Origin: Eledone cirrhosa
Taxonomy: Eukaryota
NCBI GenBank assembly: GCA_964016885.1
Contig: OZ024755.1
Location: 4,774,001 to 4,838,000 of the forward strand
Direction of reading: 5' to 3'
DNA: 64,000 nt
Both the position numbers and the translations under genes were made by a program. This document shows, one piece after another, positions 36,321-50,998 of the stretch. The notes under the pieces were generated by a model. It had not been told where the DNA came from, ran no database searches, and saw nothing but the letters and a program-made list of their open reading frames with translations. Each line of letters opens with the position of its first letter. The first letter of the stretch is position 1.

Positions 36321-37259
36321 GAACACTTTCTCTAGTGGCAACCTGGTACGTTTAGCAAACTATCCAAGTATCGGCCACTCTTTGATAGGTTTGTGGTAGA
36401 GCCTGTAGCAGTGGAGAAAGATAGAGTAGAATATAGGAATAGATTAAAGAATCCTGGAATATTGCCACTTCATTACTTCACACTATTCTCACATCAGAAC
36501 AAATGAACATTTAAAATAAAATACTATCTTTATATTTTATTTGATGAAATCTTTTGAAGAAGCTCCTGACATTTCCCTCTGGTGTCATTTTAATATATGT
36601 ATGTAATTAAAGGCAGAAATATCATCGAGTTAATTATGAAAAGGAGTGACTTTGAATATAAAGATGAAATAGCCGTTGACATTTGTATATTGAGGAAGTG
36701 GAGAGAGAGAAAGAGAAATAAATAAAAGAAAACAAAGAATTGTTTGCTTGAAGTAATTTCTATTGTGTGTGTTGAAGTGGAACTATAGTCTGTAAGATAG
36801 TGTGTGTGTTGCAGTGGAACTGTGGTGTGTTAGAAAGTATGTGTGTGTATGTGTTTAAGGGGAACTATGGTGTGTAAAAAAAATGTGCAACTATGTGCGT
36901 GTATATTTGTTTGTGTTTCTGTGTGTGTATAAGTGTGCAAGTGTGTGTGTGAGAAAAAGTAAGAATGTGTGTAAATCATTGTGAAGTGTGATGAATATGT
37001 GCAGAAGTGCATGTTTGTATCTGCAAAAGCAAAAAAATGGATGGAAGAGCAAGTGTGTGTGTGTGTGTTTGTGGAAGCTGGTGTGCATGTACTAGAAGAA
37101 GAAAAAAAACAAAGATAAAGAATAGAAAAAGACATAATTTCGATCTGGCTGAGTTTCATCAGTTTCAATGTAATTAGAAGTGTTACATGTTCTCACAGAC
37201 TTCACACATACAGAGAAATATATAATGGACATGATTATATAAATGTTTATGTGGTCTCT

Positions 37260-37410
37260 GGTGTGGCACAGTTGTGGATCTGTGGTTAAGGATTTTACTT
37301 TGTAACCACATGGTTTTAGGTTCAGTCTCACTGTGTGGCACCTAAGCCAAGTGTCTTTTATTATAGCCTTGGGTTGACATTTCCTAGATGGAAACTGGGT
37401 AGAAGTCCAT
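37260..37410 (+). mobile_element. tRNA-derived SINE family 3, degenerate, ending in (TA)n
   Basis: tgtggttaag...aaccacatggttttaggttcagtctcactgtgtggcacct...aagtgtctttt.ttatagcc...gatggaaactg..agaagtcc. Confidence 0.65.
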
Positions 37411-37619
37411 TATATATATATATATATATTATATAGAGTCAAGACCAGACGGCTGAACTCTTTGCTGTTTCAACAGTTAGTTCCAGAGTGATATAACCAT
37501 ACTCTACTACTTCAAGTATCAAGTATGCTGTTGAGTAACGGTCTAGCCAGTTTCAAACTGAACCCATCCTGATTTATATATAAAGAACAAAAAGAGGTTT
37601 CACATTATATATATATAAA

Positions 37620-38486
37620 TTGTGTGCAGAGGATATACGCAGACTAGAGAGGAACGAAGCTTGCATGCTCCGCTGGATGTGCAATAGTAATATACGTGAA
37701 CGGCAAAGCATAAACGAACTAAGGAAAAAATTAGAAATAAGAGGGATCAGATGTTGTTTACTCGAGAGAAGGCTACGTTGGTACGGTCACGTGATGCGCA
37801 TGAAAGATGACAGCTGTATAACAAAGTGCAGGGCAATAAAGATAGACGGTAGCCACGGAGTAGGCAGACCCAGAAAAACATGGGACGAGCTGATAAATTC
37901 CGACCTCACACGCTTACACCTCTCCAAGACAATGTCACTGGACCGAGACCTTTGGCGGTACTCAGTAATAGAGAAGACCCGCCTTACCTAAATACAAAGT
38001 AAAAACCTACTACAGTCAGTAGGCATCTCTATCAAAACACACCCCCGTCCCACCACCTCCACCCCACCCACACCGCCCCTTTCAATGTAAAGTTATGTTG
38101 GTCCCACAACATCCAGGCCGAAACAAATGAGATCGTGTAGGTGTCACGACAAAAAACACAGTCCACGCTGTAAATGTGGCCGTGTAGGCAACACGGTAAA
38201 AACCTCCCAGCCCCACACTGTAAATGTGGTTGGTGTTAGGAAGGGCATCCAGCTGTAGAAAACCCGCCAGACAGTCCACGCTGTAATGTGGCCGTGTAGG
38301 CAACACGGTAAAAACCTCCCAGCCCCACACTGTAAATGTGGTTGGTGTTAGGAAGGGCATCCAACTGTAGAAAACCCGCCAGACAGTCCTATGCGAGCAA
38401 GACAACCACTCTTGCCTCAAGTGGGAAAACCCCCGTCCAAACCCATGCAAGCGTGGAACACGGACGCTAAACCTGATGATGATGAT
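37620..38486 (+). mobile_element. 5'-truncated RTE LINE: ORF C-terminus (37620-37991), 3'UTR and (GAT)n tail
   Basis: Open ORF RRLERNEACMLRWMC...RRLRWYGHVMRM...GRPRKTW...DRDLWR, typical of the RTE post-RT region; 3'UTR with a ~113-bp internal duplication; flanked by (TA)n. Confidence 0.9.
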
Positions 38487-39016
38487 ACGTATATATATAT
38501 ATATATATATATAAATATACGTATATATATATATATAAATATACGTATATATATATATATATATATATACGTATATACATATGTGTGTGTGTATATATTT
38601 ATTTCTAATCCTGGAGAGAAATACTTGATAATGTACTGACTCTGACTATACATTGAAACTATCCCTCTTATCTTGAAACAATTTCTCTCTCTATGAATAT
38701 CATTTCTAAACTATTTTTACACAAGAAATCCCTTAACATGATAACATCTTTGCTAAAAAGAAAGGAAAAAAAACCCAGAAAAAAACTCATTTGTTTAACA
38801 AATTCAAGCTTAAAAATAAAAAATAAATTTCCCCAAATATATTTTAGTATTTTTCTGCTCAATTTCTTCAAGTGTAAATGATCCTTAAAGTATTTATAAT
38901 ATATCTATTTTTAACTCAAAGAAAACAAGATACATTTTGAATTTTAAAAAAAAGAATTATCAGTGGTTAGAAAGTAATTATTGAAAATGTAAATAACTAC
39001 TCCCTTTACTTTTAAA

Positions 39017-39190
39017 ACATTTTGGAGGTAGACATTTTGGGGGCAGATATTTTAGAGGTAGACATTTTGGGGGCAGATATTTTGGAGGTAGACATTTTGG
39101 GGGCAGACATTTTGGAGGTAGACATTTTGGGGGCAGACATTTTGGAGGTAGACATTTTGGGGGCAGACAGTTTGGGGGCAGACATTTTTG
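39017..39190. repeat. 15-bp minisatellite, alternating gacattttggaggta and gacattttgggggca
   Basis: Direct inspection; source of the (CLPPK)n ORF. Confidence 0.95.
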
Positions 39191-39398
39191 ACAGCTAAAA
39201 GCAAGTAAACAAATGTTGTTTGTCACCAAGGAGTTTTGAATCTGAATAATTTTCATTTGAGCTGTTAATAGTTTCCCAATTGAATTTAGTCACTGAGTAA
39301 AAAGGAGAGAAAAAAGCTGGAGCTTAACATGAAGGAGAGATGGAGTTACGTTAGATAATTTTAGTATTTCGAAACATTAGAGAGTAGTAATGTATTAA

Positions 39399-39614
39399 CC
39401 CTTTAGCATTTACATTACTCTATATATACTATTGTATTTTTGTGGTAAAGGCTTTACCTCTCATAATTATCTCACATAATATCAATGAGATCTTGATGTT
39501 ATTTATTTTGAGAACAATACCTTAATATAAGTATGAGTGTCCAGTTACAGCCGGTTTGAATAGAAAGAGGTGAGAAAATTCTGGCCGGATATGGCCGGTT
39601 TAAATGCTAAAGGG
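39399..39614 (-). mobile_element. piggyBac-like MITE, family 1, intact TIRs and TTAA TSD
   Basis: TTAA|CCCTTTAGCATTTA...TAAATGCTAAAGGG|TTAA. Confidence 0.9.
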
Positions 39615-40278
39615 TTAAAGATGTTTTGTTTTTTTTTAAAAGAACATTCTATCTACTTATAACTCTGAAATAAACTCACTTTAAATATCATAGACTGTTA
39701 TATTTATTCATTTATTTGCTATGTTGGGGAGCATATTATATTTACAAAAAGAGTGCTGTCATATAAACTCAAGTTTAAAAGAAAGGAAGACATTTTTTTG
39801 AAATGCTAAACCACTTGAAACAATTCCAAATGAGACTCCTCTTTGGAGTTCACTCTTATAAGAAGAGTCTGGTTTCAAGTTGAAAGTAATGAATAAAAAC
39901 TAAAGCTTGGCTTGACTGAAGTGAACCTCTCAAATGACTGTTAACCAGACATGGTCTTCTTCTTCTTCTTCTTCTTCTTCTTGTCATATGACATATGTAC
40001 AATGATTAGAGAGACAGATTGAGATTGGTAAGCCACACTAAGGCATCATTTGTAGTACTATGGATTACCTCCAAGCTAACCAAGATACTCTCATGAACTG
40101 ACCAAATGAGGTTTATATTTCAACATAGTCCCTGGAAAGAAACAATGCAGTTATTAATAAGAAGAACTGAAATGAATGTTTGCAAGATTTCGCAGCTCTA
40201 GCATCCCTCCTTCATAGTCAATTAACTTTTCAGCTTACCCTCATAAACAACATTTTTTTACCAGCAACTTAACCTTAA

Positions 40279-40483
40279 CCCTTTAGCATTTACATTACTC
40301 TATATTCACTATTTTATTTTCACGGTAAAGGCTTTCCCTCACATAATACCGAATCTATGAGATTTTGATATTTATTTTGAAAACAATACCTTAACATCAT
40401 TATGAGCAGCCGGTTACAGCCAGTTTTAACAGAAAGAGGTGAGAGAATTCTGGCCAGATACGGCCAGTTTAAATACTAAAGGG
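40279..40483 (-). mobile_element. piggyBac-like MITE, family 1
   Basis: TTAA|CCCTTTAGCATTTA...TAAATACTAAAGGG|TTAA. Confidence 0.9.
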
Positions 40484-40755
40484 TTAAGTTTGATATTTAA
40501 CTAGCCTTTCCCTAACTACAACTCCCCTCTATGTATGAGTCACATTATTTAAAGATTCCAAGCTGGAACATATAATTCCAATATTTAATACACTGAGGAT
40601 TTGTTTAAGGATAGGTTTATCTGATAAATTGCAGAATTATCAACTGTGAAATATCTGAAATAAAACAATTACAAAAATCTTAAATGAAAAAAAAAACATT
40701 AAAGAGAGTATTTCAGTGATGACATCATCTTTTTATATCTGTTGTCCCATGCCTG

Positions 40756-41008
40756 CATGGGTTGGACAGGTCCTTCTCAGTACAGCATCTCTTCCCTGGT
40801 TTCATGTTTACATGGGTTTGACAGGTCCTTCTCAGTACAGCAGCTCTCCCTTGGTTTCATGTTTACATGGGTTTGACAGATCTTTCTCAGTAGAGCGTCT
40901 CTTCCCTGGTTTCATGTTTACATGGGTTGGAGAGGTCCTTCTCAGTACAGCAGCTCTCCCTTGGTTTCATGTTTACATGGGTTTGACAGGTCCTTCTCAG
41001 TAGAGCGT
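40756..41008. repeat. 55-bp minisatellite x4.5 derived from an RTE tail (minus strand)
   Basis: Units start at 40756, 40811, 40866, 40921 and 40976; similar to 52025-52065. Confidence 0.9.
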
Positions 41009-41157
41009 CGGACAAAATGTTCTGCAGTATTTAGTCACAACTCTCTACATTCTTAGTTCAAATCTAACCAAGGCCTACTGTACCTTTCATTCTTCCAGGG
41101 TCAATAAAATAAAATACCAGTTGACTACTGGCAGTTGATTTAATCGACTTTCCTCTC
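41000..41157 (+). mobile_element. tRNA-derived SINE (main family), 5' end fused to the minisatellite
   Basis: gtagagcgtcggacaa...tagttcaaatc...ctttcattc...ataccag. Confidence 0.8.
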
Positions 41158-41734
41158 TTCACCATCACCACTGCCATCATCATCATCATCGCAAACATTC
41201 AACTATAACAGCTCCACCAATACATATATATCAGACATGTAAACTAATTAGAGAAGACCACATCGATTGTTTGTTTTTGTTTTGAACCGTTTTTGTTTCA
41301 CATTTGACAAGAGGATATTAGTCCAGAAATATCATGTGAAAATATACTGGGTAAAACATTACTTTGTTTTGTTTTATTTGTCATTCTTTACCCTTTATAT
41401 ATTTCTACTGCATTATACCGGCTTTTTGAAACTTATCAGTCTTTTATTCAGACATTTTACAGCTTTTTATTCTCCATTTCTTCCTTCTCCCATTTCAATT
41501 AAATTCTTCCTAAAGTTTTTACAACAATTCACAACACTTATGACAACTGCCTGTCTGTCATGTTAACTGTTTGTCTGTCTTGTTTCCAGCTAATTTCATC
41601 TACCTACTATTGAGTTGTCCTCTCAGTTTCTATTAAGGTTGATTCATACAGGAAGTATTTAGTACACCACACCTACACCACTAATATTTCAGTATACAGC
41701 CTCTTGACCCAGCACTGCACCACTAATAGGATAT

Positions 41735-41990
41735 AGGTCATGGCGTAAGGGTTAGGATACTTGACGTATGATCGTAAGGTTGACGGTTTGATTCCTGCAA
41801 TGGGCTGTGTGTTGTGTTCTTGAGCAAAATACTTTAGTTTACATTGCTCCAGTGCACTCAGCAATAGCTAGGGAGTTAATCCTGTGATAGACCAGCATCC
41901 TATCCAGGATGTACTTAGTGAGTTACTTAACGCCAAGGAAACCGGGGATAAGCACTGGCCTGATCAGTCTCTGGTCTTAGAAGAGGATTT
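41735..41990 (+). mobile_element. tRNA-derived SINE family 2, near full length
   Basis: A-box tggcgtaagggttag, B-box ggtttgattcc, tgtgttcttgagcaa core and gaaaccggggataagc tail. Confidence 0.8.
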
Positions 41991-42023
41991 AACTAACTTA
42001 TGGCTAACATTTCATTCCCCAGA

Positions 42024-42217
42024 CATCATCATCGTCACCATCACCTCTATCAACATCATCATCAACAGCAATATTATCATCACCAACCCCACAACCTCCT
42101 CGATCATCATCACAATCATCACTACCACCACCATCACCATCACCACTACCACCATCATCACTACCACCACCACCACCACCACCACCATCATCACTACCAC
42201 CACCACCACCATCATCA
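42024..42217. repeat. (CAT/CAC)n tract
   Basis: Direct inspection. Confidence 0.95.
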
Positions 42218-43289
42218 GTATATTTTAAGCTGATACATTTTGTTTCTTAAGTGTGCAGATCATTTTATTATTATAGTACAAACAGTCCATTGAATTTGTG
42301 TATTACTGGTACATGATTTTGTAATAAAAGATGAAAATAAAAAAAATATTTCCCTGAACAATAAAGCACTGAATTACATTAGGTCAAACTACCATTTCCA
42401 CTAGAGTTACTATGTTAATAATGAACTAACTAGAAACATGTGTGTATAATGTGTATAATTAGCTTTCTCTACACACTCATACACCCTCGACAGTCTACAC
42501 AACAGTATGTATACAATTCCAAGACATTATAACTTACCAAAATTCAATTATGTTTAGTAGGTTACACAGTTGGCCACAATAATATTACTGGAAAATATTT
42601 CAGTAGTAACTAATAAGGAATCTGCATGAATTCAGATAAAAATATGATTTTAAATAAAAAATATTTGAATAAAACTTGGAGCAATGTATGTCATTCAACA
42701 TTCAACATAGATTTTGACAAATATAAAATGACATTAAAGTAATTCTGCATACACTTTAACCTTTAACCTCAACACAAACTTAGACGTGTGTATAAGAAGG
42801 GGGAATAAGGACCTTTAACCTCAGCACAAACTTAGAAGTGTGTATGGATGGGGAACAAGCTAATTTTTTTTAATGAAATTGGATGTCTCTTTATATAGAA
42901 AAGCACACTTTTTTTATTTAATAACAAAAAGCTATCTAGTGCTTCTTCTTTGTCCACTTATTCACAAACATTGCATATCCCAAGACCCTAAAGAGGGTTC
43001 GGAAGGGGGAAAACCTTTGGACCTATCTAGTGCTGTTGAGAAAATCATTACTTTACCACAATTCCAGTTCCCCACCCGACACTCCCCTTACGATGACCTG
43101 GAAACCTCTTTAATGCTAGTTCCACAATAAGTGCACCCAGTACACTCTGTAATGTACTTGGTGTAGCATCCAGCTATAGAAGACATACTACACAAAGAGC
43201 CAAGAGGATTTTTCAATTGTATCCAGGTCACGACAGCATCCTAATTGAAGTGTGTATACATTGGGGGGGGGGGGCACACCCTGTATATA

Positions 43290-43393
<104 letters not shown>

Positions 43394-44721
43394 AAATTAA
43401 ACACTGAGAGATGAGTGGTGATGGGCAATATTCTTTTTCCCCCTTTATCTAGAGTAATCATTAAAGATTATTTTATCTAAGGCTTCCCCTGCATTAAAAA
43501 CCATATTTACTAACTTTGGTCAACTAATAAATTAGTTTGTGGAGGCTGACAAGTCAATTCCATGGTCCAACTCACTCTTTCTCTTTCCATCCTTCCAATT
43601 TCTATATTTCATCCATCTTTTTTTCTGATCTGCTGCTATCACTCATTCACCCAGCAGTGTTCTCATCTGCTTGCCTTTTCTGCCTGCTAAAAGTATGATA
43701 AAAGTATTATAGATTTCCTAGATTTCAGACTCTGCATTATTGCTTACACATGCCTCTGCCAGTGTTTGGTTTTCATTATAGATCGAAATATTGTCCTTTA
43801 TATGACCCCTTAACAAAGATGAATACTTAATATTTTGGGGTGAGTAGGCTGGTTTGTTGGTTGGGGGTTGTCGGATTTGTCCATAAATCAAAAGGGGGCA
43901 GGGGGGTGTTATGAATACTGACAGTAATTCTTCTGATTATTTGTACAAAAATCAAAGTTTGTTGGAATCAAAGTTTGTTTTGGTTATTGTTGTTATTTGG
44001 TAATCCGTTTTAGCAAACTCTGACAGAAAATGTAATATATATGAAACAAATTGTAATATGAAATAAAATTTACAAAAAGTTTATGTATAATGAACAAGGT
44101 CCGCCTGACCTGGCATTTCTCACAACTCATCTAACCCATGCTAGCATGGATGTTAAACAGTGATGATAAGAGTTGGCTTTCTTTTCTCTCCAGTGATAAT
44201 ATTAAATGATTAACATGTCTTTATCATTTGTTTTTTCTGGTCAGGAATGGTCAATTATATTCAGTGTGATCATCCTAGTTTTAACCTTTAATATTTACAA
44301 ATCTAAATTAATGACCAAGACTTCATAGCACCGGAAATATTTTAGAGTAATAGGCAATATAGTGGTTATCATTATTTTTATATATATTTCATTTGAGAGT
44401 CACAGCTGGCTGAGCTGATAGGATGTCAGCCTACATACTGAACAGTTGACATTTTATCTCACCACTCTACTTACTATGTTCCTGTATTCCTGACAAAGAC
44501 ACTTAATTCTGGTCCGACCCTACCTTTCCAGTTTCTAATATGGAAGGTTACAAGTCACTACTGGAGGAAATAGGAGCAAAATGTAATTGGAAAATAATTT
44601 GTTAACTTGTAACACTAAATTTTAATTCTGCTACGGCCCGGTAGATGGAAATAATAAGTCTCATCAGTCTATTATTTCTAGATGGTCATTATTTTTGTGG
44701 GGGTCAGTAAAGTTGGTCATC

Positions 44722-45032
44722 AGTCAATAGACAGTATAGGCTGGTTATTGGTTAATAGACAGTATAGGCTGGTGGTTATTGGTCAATAGACAGTATAGGC
44801 TGGTGGTTATTGGTCAATAGACAGTATAGACTGGTGGTTATTGGTCAATAGACAGTATAGGCTGGTGGTTATTGGTCAATAGACAGTATAGGCTGGTTAT
44901 TGGTTAATAGACGGTATAGGCTGGTGGTTATTGGTTAATAGACAGTATAGGCTGGTGGTTATTGGTCAATAGACAGTATAGGCTGGTGGTTATTGGTCAA
45001 TAGACAGTATAGGCTAGTTATTGGTCAATAGA
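44722..45032. repeat. 31/28-bp minisatellite x10
   Basis: Unit ggtcaatagacagtataggctggtggttatt. Confidence 0.95.
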
Positions 45033-45194
45033 TTGAAAAGGTTAGTCATCAGTGGATAGATAGAAAAGGTTGAACAATTTACTACATTGGTTAATTTTTA
45101 TTCTATTATAAAGACAAAGCAATATTTCTAGCATGTCCATATAATTCTCCTTGACTGAGCAGTTCTATAGATTAAGATAGGTGGCGAATTGCAT

Positions 45195-45502
45195 TTCATC
45201 CATTTGACACCAGTCCATCACAGGGTTAAACCTCCAGCTATTACTGGTACTCATTTTTTAACTGAGTATACTGGAGCAACATGAAATGAAGTGTTTTACC
45301 TAGGAACACAACACACAACCCAGCCCAGGAATCAAATCCATGACCTGATCATACGTCTAACACCCTTACCACTAGGCCATGTACCTCCACTGGTATTCTG
45401 GAGGAGTGTGAAATAAAGTGTTTTGCTCAAGAACACAACCCAGCCCAGGAATCAAACCCACAACATTATGATCGTAAGTCCAACATCCTTACCACTAGGC
45501 CA
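45195..45502 (-). mobile_element. SINE family 2, one longer copy plus a second head
   Basis: Two runs of gaaat.aagtgtttt....aagaacacaac..cagcccaggaatcaaa...ttaccactaggcc. Confidence 0.8.
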
Positions 45503-45728
45503 CTAGAGGGAGGCAACATAAATGTTGGTAAAATCTAAACATAGACGATAAAGTAATGTAACTAAATATATTCTGTTGTTCATCATCCTTCATTAGTTTA
45601 AAGTTACACTAGTCAGAAAGTATTAAGCATTAGTCTTTTGAACTTTTAATGTCTTTGTATTACTCTCGCTGTGTTAGCTTTGTTCACATGTTATTCATTT
45701 CCTTTTAATGTTTTGTATCTGTTTTCCT

Positions 45729-46535
45729 GGTGGCGGCGAATTGGCAGAGTCATTAGAATGTCGGATAGAATGCTTTGTGGTATTTGTTCCACCTCTTTGC
45801 TCTCTCAGTTCTGCCCAGGTCAACTTTGCTTTTCATCTTTTTTGAGGTCTCATAAAAAAAGTACCAGTCTAGTACTGGGGTCAATTCTTCCTCTATATCT
45901 CTTTCTCACTTCCATTCTCTCACTCTCTCTATCCTAAAAGTACCAGTCTAGTACTGGGGTCAATTCTTCCTCTATATCTCTTTCTCACTTCCATTCTCTC
46001 ACTCTCTCTATCCTAAAAGTACCAGTCTAATACTGGGGTCAATTCTTCCTCTATATCTCTTTCTCACTTCCATTCTCTCACTCTCTCTATCCTAAAAGTA
46101 CCAGTCTAATACTGGGGTCAATTCTTCCTCTATATCTCTTTCTCACTTCCATTCTCTCACTCTCTCTATCCTAAAAGTACCAGTCTAATACTGGGGTCAA
46201 TTCTTCCTCTATATCTCTTTCTCACTTCCATTCTCTCACTCTCTCTATCCTAAAAGTACCAGTCTAGTACTGGGGTCAATTCTTCCTCTATATCTCTTTC
46301 TCACTTCCATTCTCTCACTCTCTCTCTATCCTAAAAGTACCAGTCTAATACTGGGGTCAATTCTTCCTCTATATCTCTTTCTCACTTCCATTCTCTCACT
46401 CTTTCTTTCCTTCTCTGGAAGAAATCTGCTGTATTCAGACCTGGAGAGGAGATGGGCTCCACCAGGTTTTAAAATGCCCCAAGAAACGCTGTAAGCCACT
46501 ACAGCACCTCTATAACTCCTTCAGAAGTTAGAGGA

Positions 46536-46540
<5 letters not shown>
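45729..46540 (+). mobile_element. tRNA-derived SINE, long-tail variant, expanded by an internal tandem array
   Basis: Head 45729-45860 and tail 46410-46540 match 17113-17400. Confidence 0.9.
45857..46410 (+). repeat. 79-bp minisatellite x7 inside a SINE
   Basis: gtaccagtct starts at 45861, 45940, 46019, 46098, 46177, 46256 and 46337. Confidence 0.95.
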
Positions 46541-46572
<32 letters not shown>

Positions 46573-48011
46573 TGAAGAAAGTCCGGAGTGGGAGAATGCT
46601 TGATTGTCGTTCACTTAATAGAATTAATGCTACATTATCATAATATTGATGTCATTAACATGTTCAATAACAAATATGTCTTGGGTAAAGCTATTTTAGT
46701 TTGTATCTATTTTCCTAAGTTTCCTAGCATTTATAGTTCTTTCCAATACTACTTTCTTTTTCTCTGTTTATTTTTATGTAATTTTATCCTAGGAATATAT
46801 TCGAGTATTTTGAAATAAAATAATTATTTCACACGTACACACTCACACACACACAGGCAGAGAATAATATAAGTAAATATATTATGAATATATACTTAGT
46901 AATTTGTGGGGGGGAGGGTATTATTTAAATAAGAGTTATCATTATTTAGATAGATTCATTCTAGTAGATAGAATGTAAGTAATTATATTATAAATATACA
47001 ATTGGTAATTAGCTTATAAATCAAAACACATCGATATGATTAACTTAGAAAACAGACTCAAAGATAAGTAGATCTAATTGTATGGATGTCTTAAATTATC
47101 CAAAATGGCTTCTAGTGACCCTCATGTTACAGATAATGTTTTAGTTGTTCGCCATTTTGAAACAGTTTTATTAGCATTTTCTTTCTTTTTTGTTTTCTTT
47201 TTCTTTTTAGTAGGAATTAGCTGCCATTTTTGCTATACAAAACAAAACTCAAAAGAATTTCGGAATCTCTCTCTCTCTCTCTTGCAAAAACAAGGAGAAT
47301 TAATCAACAATGTGTTGTTTCTCACTCATATCTCAAGACTACATATCTCCCTATTTCTGCTGAGATTAAAATAAGCTAGAATCGTATAGAATTTTCATTT
47401 ATGTATATGAGCTGATGAAGCTCATTTGCATACTGAGTGATAACCAGCTTGGCTTAAATTTAAAAAATCAGTATTGGTGATCCAACATAGCATTATTTAT
47501 ATACATGTATGTACGTGTTGTATAGCAAATAATATACGAGATGTTTTAGAAAGCCTTTCGCTATGAATTTTTATATATATATCTTCCTAAAAAAATACCG
47601 AAATATTTAAAAAAATTAAACTTTCCCACAATATAAATTTTACTTTAAAATATAAACTTTATTCTAATAATTTCTTCCCTGAAAGCAGTAAACATTCATT
47701 TCACAAAACATTAAATATAATTATTTTATCCAGTGGCCAACTTTTAACTGTAAAGGTGCTTAGTTCTCACAATTAATTCTACAATAACATAACAGCTGTT
47801 TCATTTAATTTTTCCTTGTTGGGAGTGACAATTACTCTATTATTTCCAACATTTTTAATAATATATGTCACTCTTGTTTTTCACTTCACATCTGCTACAA
47901 CTCTGATCAATCCTGATTGCTTTCTTTGGCTGTGAAAGGTCACTAATAATTCCAAACTACCAAACGATTCCTAATATAGTCATTCCTAATTCTACTTTCT
48001 ACACCAATCAT

Positions 48012-48536
<525 letters not shown>

Positions 48537-48835
48537 CCCACCATCATTCTAACTAATCAGAGCAGTATCATCCAAACCAACTTCCTGAACAGACACACAC
48601 ACACACACATATACACATGCACACACATAAACACACACACACATATATAAATACACATAAACAATTACCAATAATTGTCATTATCATCACCACCACCACC
48701 ACCAGCACTCCCACCAGCACCACCACCAGCAGCACTACCACCACCACTACCCCCCCCCCCTATAAAACAGAAGTGACAACACTTGATGTGATATTGCAGA
48801 GTTAATTATAAAACACAATATACAATGTTTATAGT

Positions 48836-48868
<33 letters not shown>

Positions 48869-48870
48869 CA

Positions 48871-48905
<35 letters not shown>

Positions 48906-48907
48906 CA

Positions 48908-48942
<35 letters not shown>

Positions 48943-49386
48943 CATACATACATACATATGTGTGTGTGTACTCTTTACTGGTGTTACCTTGCTTTGGGTT
49001 AGGATATTTGACCTGTGTGTGTGATAGATGACAACCTTGGTGTTATATATATATACACACACACACACATATATATGTATGTATATATGTGTGTATCTAT
49101 ATATGTGTGTAACACCAAAGACAGGAAACTGGTTTAAGGGAAATATATTTGTTATAAACCATGTGGTTGTCGTACTTCTTCCATAGATAGGGTGTGGCCC
49201 TGTATTGGGAGGTTACAGAATAATTTCGTAGGTGTGTATATATAAATGTGTGTGTGAGTATATATGTATATATATATAGAGAGAGAGAGAGAGGGGGGGG
49301 GGGGCAAGACAACAAACGAAAATAAGGCAAAATGAAAAACAATTTTGTTAAAGGGAAATCTTAAACATTTTTTTGTTTTAATGGCT

Positions 49387-49432
<46 letters not shown>

Positions 49433-49499
49433 GTGTGTGTTTATACATACATATATATGAATCTATATCTATATATCTATATATATATATGAATATATA

Positions 49500-49530
<31 letters not shown>

Positions 49531-49720
49531 TCCTCTTTGTTGTTTACTTGTCTCACTCGCGTTGTCCTAATAACTTAATTTAGTTATTATTGCACCAACG
49601 TGAGGTATATGATTTTTAATGCAATGAAATATCTATGATCGTTGGCAAATCACTGATGAGGGACTCATTTTATAACATGTTATCCATGTGCAACCTGCAG
49701 TATTCTTCTCTGCATTTTTT

Positions 49721-50998
<1,278 letters not shown>

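Noticed and set aside
37620-37991. Host protein-coding gene
   Set aside because: It is the 5'-truncated C-terminus of an RTE LINE ORF with no true start codon.
38978-39256. (CLPPK)n peptide resembling cornifin/SPRR repeats
   Set aside because: A 15-bp tandem repeat with no supportable gene structure; the similarity is compositional.
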